From NCBI GenBank assembly GCA_963775425.1, contig CAVZJB010000017.1:32001-96000 (forward strand): a stretch of DNA of 64,000 nucleotides, written 5' to 3'. The notes below the pieces were generated by a model. It was given only the letters and a program-made list of their open reading frames with translations, had not been told where the DNA came from and made no database searches. Every line of letters starts with the position of its first letter. Within the stretch, counting starts at the first letter, position 1. Positions 60,590 to 64,000 of the stretch are shown here, piece by piece. Position numbers and translations under genes: made by a program. The DNA is from an uncultured delta proteobacterium (GTDB lineage: Bacteria; Myxococcota; UBA727; VGSZ01).

Positions 60590-61819
60590 TCAGCCGCCGG
60601 TGTGCCGCGCCGGGCGGCGCCGTGCCCCATGCGCGAGGGCGACGATGTGCTCTTCGCGCGGCGCGCCGCCCCGCCAGTCCGGCCGCGGCGCCGACGCCGT
60701 CGCCGTCACCACGAGCCCGGCGCCGGGGGCGAGCGACGCGAGGTGCTCGTTGGCGCGCACGCGCGCGCCCCCAATCTCGCCGTCGCCGACCACGAGGAAC
60801 ACCGCGCCTTTCGGGGCGAGCGACGCCGCGAGCGCGCACAGGACGTCGAGCACCTCCTGATCCCAACGCGCGCGCGCGCCGGCCCCGGTGAGCGTGCGCC
60901 GCGCGCCGATCTCGTCGCGCATCGGGCGCGTGTCGACGCCGAGCCAGGGCGCGCGCAGGGCGTGGTGGCGCGCGTAGTCGTACGTGCCCGCATACGGAGG
61001 CGAGGTGATGACGATGTCCGCCTTGCTCGAGAGCACCCGCGGCAGGCGGCGCGCGTCGTCGAGGAACAGCTCCGGCGCGGGGCTCCGCGCGGGGCACGCC
61101 GCGGCGAGCGCGGCCCAACGCTCCACGAGCTCCGCGCCCTTTTTGTGGAAGATCTCCGTCGGCACGAAGCGGCCGATGCGACGGCCGGCGGCTTCGCGCT
61201 CGTCGGTGTCCGCCCGCTGCTTGCTCACCTTCACGACGATGGCGGACAGCACCACCTCGAGCGCCCGCCGGTCGCGCTCGTCGTCGACCGCCTCGATCTC
61301 CGCGTACAGCCCGGCGAGCTCGCGGAGCACGTGCCCCTCGAAGCGCTCCGCCTGCGCCTTCGACACAGGCGCCCGCCCCGGCGCGCGCGCGCGCACGCGC
61401 TCCTTGCTCCGCGCGACGACGTCGTCGAGCCGCGCGGTGAACGCCTCACGCGATGCGGCGTCCCGCACGTCGGCTTTCACGCGTGCGACGCGGAGCGCCA
61501 CCGGGTTCAAGTCCACGCCCGTCGACGAAAACCCGCGGCGCCGCGCCTCGACGAGCACCGTGCCGCTGCCACAAAAGGGATCCACCACGTGCGGCGTCGA
61601 CGCCGCGCCCGACGCGCCCTCGAAGGGCCACGCGTCGAGCAGCGTCGACGCCACGGCCGGGTGAAGGCGCGCGGGGTACGCGTGGAAGCCGTGCGTGAGC
61701 GTATCGGCGTCCTCGCTCGCCGCCTGATCGAGCGCCTCGAACAGCGCCGCCGCCCACCGCTGCTCGCCGCTGCGGCGCACGGGTCTTTGCAGCGACGACA
61801 GCGCGCGGCGGGTTCCCAC
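60590..61819 (-). CDS. Orphan amino-methyltransferase (N4-C/N6-A DNA MTase-like or RNA MTase)
   Basis: THGFHAYPARL, VDPFCGSGT, ITSPPY. Confidence 0.8.
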   Translation of the reverse strand: MGTRRALSSLQRPVRRSGEQRWAAALFEALDQAASEDADTLTHGFHAYPARLHPAVASTLLDAWPFEGASGAASTPHVVDPFCGSGTVLVEARRRGFSSTGVDLNPVALRVARVKADVRDAASREAFTARLDDVVARSKERVRARAPGRAPVSKAQAERFEGHVLRELAGLYAEIEAVDDERDRRALEVVLSAIVVKVSKQRADTDEREAAGRRIGRFVPTEIFHKKGAELVERWAALAAACPARSPAPELFLDDARRLPRVLSSKADIVITSPPYAGTYDYARHHALRAPWLGVDTRPMRDEIGARRTLTGAGARARWDQEVLDVLCALAASLAPKGAVFLVVGDGEIGGARVRANEHLASLAPGAGLVVTATASAPRPDWRGGAPREEHIVALAHGARRRPARHTGG

Positions 61820-61904
61820 CCCGGCATCGTCCCCGAGCCCGGCGCCGCGGGCAAGGGCGCCTCAGGTCACTTGCCGTTCGCCGCTCCGCGGGCGAAAGAG
61901 CGGC

Positions 61905-64000
61905 ATGCGCAAGCTCGCCCTCCTCGTCCTCCCCGCGCTCCTTGGCGCTTCCGCGTGCACCGTCGACCCCACCAACCCGTTCGACCCGGACACGCCGCCC
62001 GAATTCCAGCAGCGCGGCGTCGTCGAGGGGAAGATCCAGGCCGTGCGCTCGCCGGTCGACGGCGTCACCGCGGCGGGCCTGTGCGACGTCGACATCGACG
62101 GCGACCACTCCGGCTTCAGCCTCGCGCTGCGGCCCCTCGTCGACGACCCCACCCTCGGCCTTGGCGTGCAGACGGCCAAGACCAACGCCAACGGCCTCTT
62201 CCAGTTCAACAACGTGCCGCCGGGCCGCTACTCGCTCGAGGTCAGCGGGGACGGCTTCGATCTCCCTCCGCCGCGCGAGCTCACCGTCGATGTCGGCGAG
62301 ATCCTCGACGTCACGCTCTGCGCCATCAACCGCACCGGCCCGCCGCTGCCGTCGCTGGCGCCGCTGCCGTCCTTGCTCGCGGGCACCGACCCCGTCGTCG
62401 TGAGCGTGCTCGCCCCCGTGGACGGCGCCACCTACGAGGCGGTCCAGATCCCCGACGGCGCGGACCCGCTCCCGCCCGTCGCCCTCGAGACCGGCGTCGA
62501 GGGCACGGCCCCAGGCTCGGTCTCCGCGGCGTTGCCGCTCCTCGTCGGTGACGCCACACCGGCGCGGCGGCACTGGCGCATCGAGGTCACGGGCGTCGAC
62601 GCGCTCGGCAACCGCAGCGACGCCGCCGTCGCCGACATCGTGCGCGACGAGATCGCGCCCGCGCCCCCCGAGGGCATCGGCGCCACGGCCGGCCGCGACC
62701 GCGTCACCGTCACCTGGCAGCCCGCGGCGCCCACCGCCGGCGACGACGGCGCCGCCGCCTTCCTGGTCTCCTACGGCGTCGTCGCGCGCGGCCCTTCCGG
62801 CGGCTGCCCGTTCGGCGCCCCCGGCGACGGCAGCTTCGACGGCGCCGCCTTCGCCGTGGAAGGTCCGAGCCCGGTGTTCGCGCCCGGCGACGACCTCACG
62901 CTCTCCGGCCTCCTCCCCGGCACCGATCTCTTCCTCTACGTCGCCGGCGTCGACGCCGCGGGCAACGCGGGCTGCTTCTCGCCGCCGGTGAGGGCCCGCC
63001 CCGACCAGATCACGTTCGTCGCCGAAGGTCGCACGCCCGTCGACAACGCTGCCGGCAGCATCGTCGCCTCCGCGCGCGTCGACGGCGCCCTCGCCCTCGC
63101 CCGCGGCGACGGCGGGCTCACCGTGATCGATCGTCTCGGCGCCTCGCACGACCTCGGCGGCGTCGCCTTCGACGTCGCCCCCTTCGGCCGGGGCTTTGTC
63201 GCCGCGCGCGGCGCGGCCGGCGTGCGGCGCGTGCCGCTCGACGCCGACGGCGTGCCGGGCACGCCCGTCGACGTCACCACCGGTGACGACGTGCGCTCCC
63301 TCGCCGTCCGGCCCGGCCGCGTGATCCTCGGGACCGCCGTCGGCCTCCGCGTGGTCGACCTCGACGACGCCGCGAGCGCCGCCGCCGCGGACGTCGCAGA
63401 CGGCGACGGCGCCGTGGTGCGGATCTTGTCGCGCGGCGATCTGCTCGTGCTCGTTCGCGCGGGCAACGTGCCGAGCGTCGAGGTCGTTCACCGCGCCCAG
63501 CCGTTCACCGCGGTCGCCACGCGCGACGACCTGCCGAGCGCGCCGTCGGCCGCCGCCGTCCTCGACGATCAGCTCTGGCTCGGCTTCGGCGCGCTCGGTG
63601 TGCGGGCCTTCGACCTCGACGCGTGCATCGCCGGCCCGGGCTGCCTGCGCTCGCTCGCGCAGCGCGCGCTGCCGGGGAGCGCCGACGTCGTCGACCTCGT
63701 GCCGTTCGACGACGTCATGCTCGCCGCCGCGCACGGCCTCGACGGCGACAGCATCTTCGCCGTGCAAAAGAGCGCGGCGCTCACGGCGGTGGGCCGCGCC
63801 TCCCTCGACGTGGGGGACGACGTGCAGCGCATCGTCGCGTCCTCCGCCGGCGACGTGTGCGCCGTCGTCGACGGCGCCACCGACGCCGCCGTCTCGTGCT
63901 TCACGAGCGCCAGCCTCCCGCAGCCCGACGGCGAAGTGCGGCTCGCGGGCGGCCGGCGGGTGATCACCGTCCGACCCGAGGGCGCGCGCGGCCACCTGCT
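61905..64000 (+). CDS. Large surface lipoprotein with beta-sandwich and beta-propeller-like regions (partial, runs off window end)
   Basis: Manual translation MRKLALLVLPALLGASAC-TVDPTNPFDP; TNANGLFQFNNVPPGRYSL; DALGN and DAAGN motifs; no stop seen before the window end. Confidence 0.8.
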   Translation, partial: MRKLALLVLPALLGASACTVDPTNPFDPDTPPEFQQRGVVEGKIQAVRSPVDGVTAAGLCDVDIDGDHSGFSLALRPLVDDPTLGLGVQTAKTNANGLFQFNNVPPGRYSLEVSGDGFDLPPPRELTVDVGEILDVTLCAINRTGPPLPSLAPLPSLLAGTDPVVVSVLAPVDGATYEAVQIPDGADPLPPVALETGVEGTAPGSVSAALPLLVGDATPARRHWRIEVTGVDALGNRSDAAVADIVRDEIAPAPPEGIGATAGRDRVTVTWQPAAPTAGDDGAAAFLVSYGVVARGPSGGCPFGAPGDGSFDGAAFAVEGPSPVFAPGDDLTLSGLLPGTDLFLYVAGVDAAGNAGCFSPPVRARPDQITFVAEGRTPVDNAAGSIVASARVDGALALARGDGGLTVIDRLGASHDLGGVAFDVAPFGRGFVAARGAAGVRRVPLDADGVPGTPVDVTTGDDVRSLAVRPGRVILGTAVGLRVVDLDDAASAAAADVADGDGAVVRILSRGDLLVLVRAGNVPSVEVVHRAQPFTAVATRDDLPSAPSAAAVLDDQLWLGFGALGVRAFDLDACIAGPGCLRSLAQRALPGSADVVDLVPFDDVMLAAAHGLDGDSIFAVQKSAALTAVGRASLDVGDDVQRIVASSAGDVCAVVDGATDAAVSCFTSASLPQPDGEVRLAGGRRVITVRPEGARGHL

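Noticed and set aside
50204-61819. Anti-phage defence island reading (ligase, cyclase, methyltransferase, MORN protein)
   Set aside because: The cyclase is a membrane CHASE2 class III enzyme rather than a Pycsar/CBASS type; no effector nuclease, integrase or compositional shift.

Overview
Very GC-rich, gene-dense bacterial DNA. The sigma-54 systems, PilZ, zf-TFIIB proteins and many lipoproteins suggest a Myxococcota/Deltaproteobacteria-like genome (inference). About 57 CDS are supportable; most long ORFs in the supplied track are antisense or off-frame shadows. Recognisable content: a two-component/sigma-54 cluster (1-5756), hemJ, a PfkB kinase, a PepT-like peptidase, ctaA, an IorAB-type molybdo-oxidoreductase with a diheme partner, phoB-phoR-pstS with Pho boxes, an ADP-dependent sugar kinase, Hsp20, a CoA transferase, USP, pckG, an ECF sigma factor, tandem lipases, gpmI, copZ-copA-csoR with its operator, an ATP-dependent DNA ligase, a 5'-nucleotidase, NDH-2 and an orphan methyltransferase. 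I saw no rRNA, tRNA or CRISPR array. Best candidates for undescribed biology: (1) a coupled operon of two cobalamin-dependent radical SAM enzymes, a heme-oxygenase-like diiron enzyme and a Tat-exported metallo-hydrolase (36707-41574); (2) a cyclic-nucleotide neighbourhood (50576-60483) with a CHASE2-adenylate cyclase-PilZ fusion coupled to a SWIM-DNA ligase and an NDH-2 fused to a cNMP-binding domain; (3) a hybrid kinase with two complementarily degenerate kinase halves; (4) a composite hairpin/REP element at 35258-35721. All functional calls come from motif recognition by eye; no searches were run.
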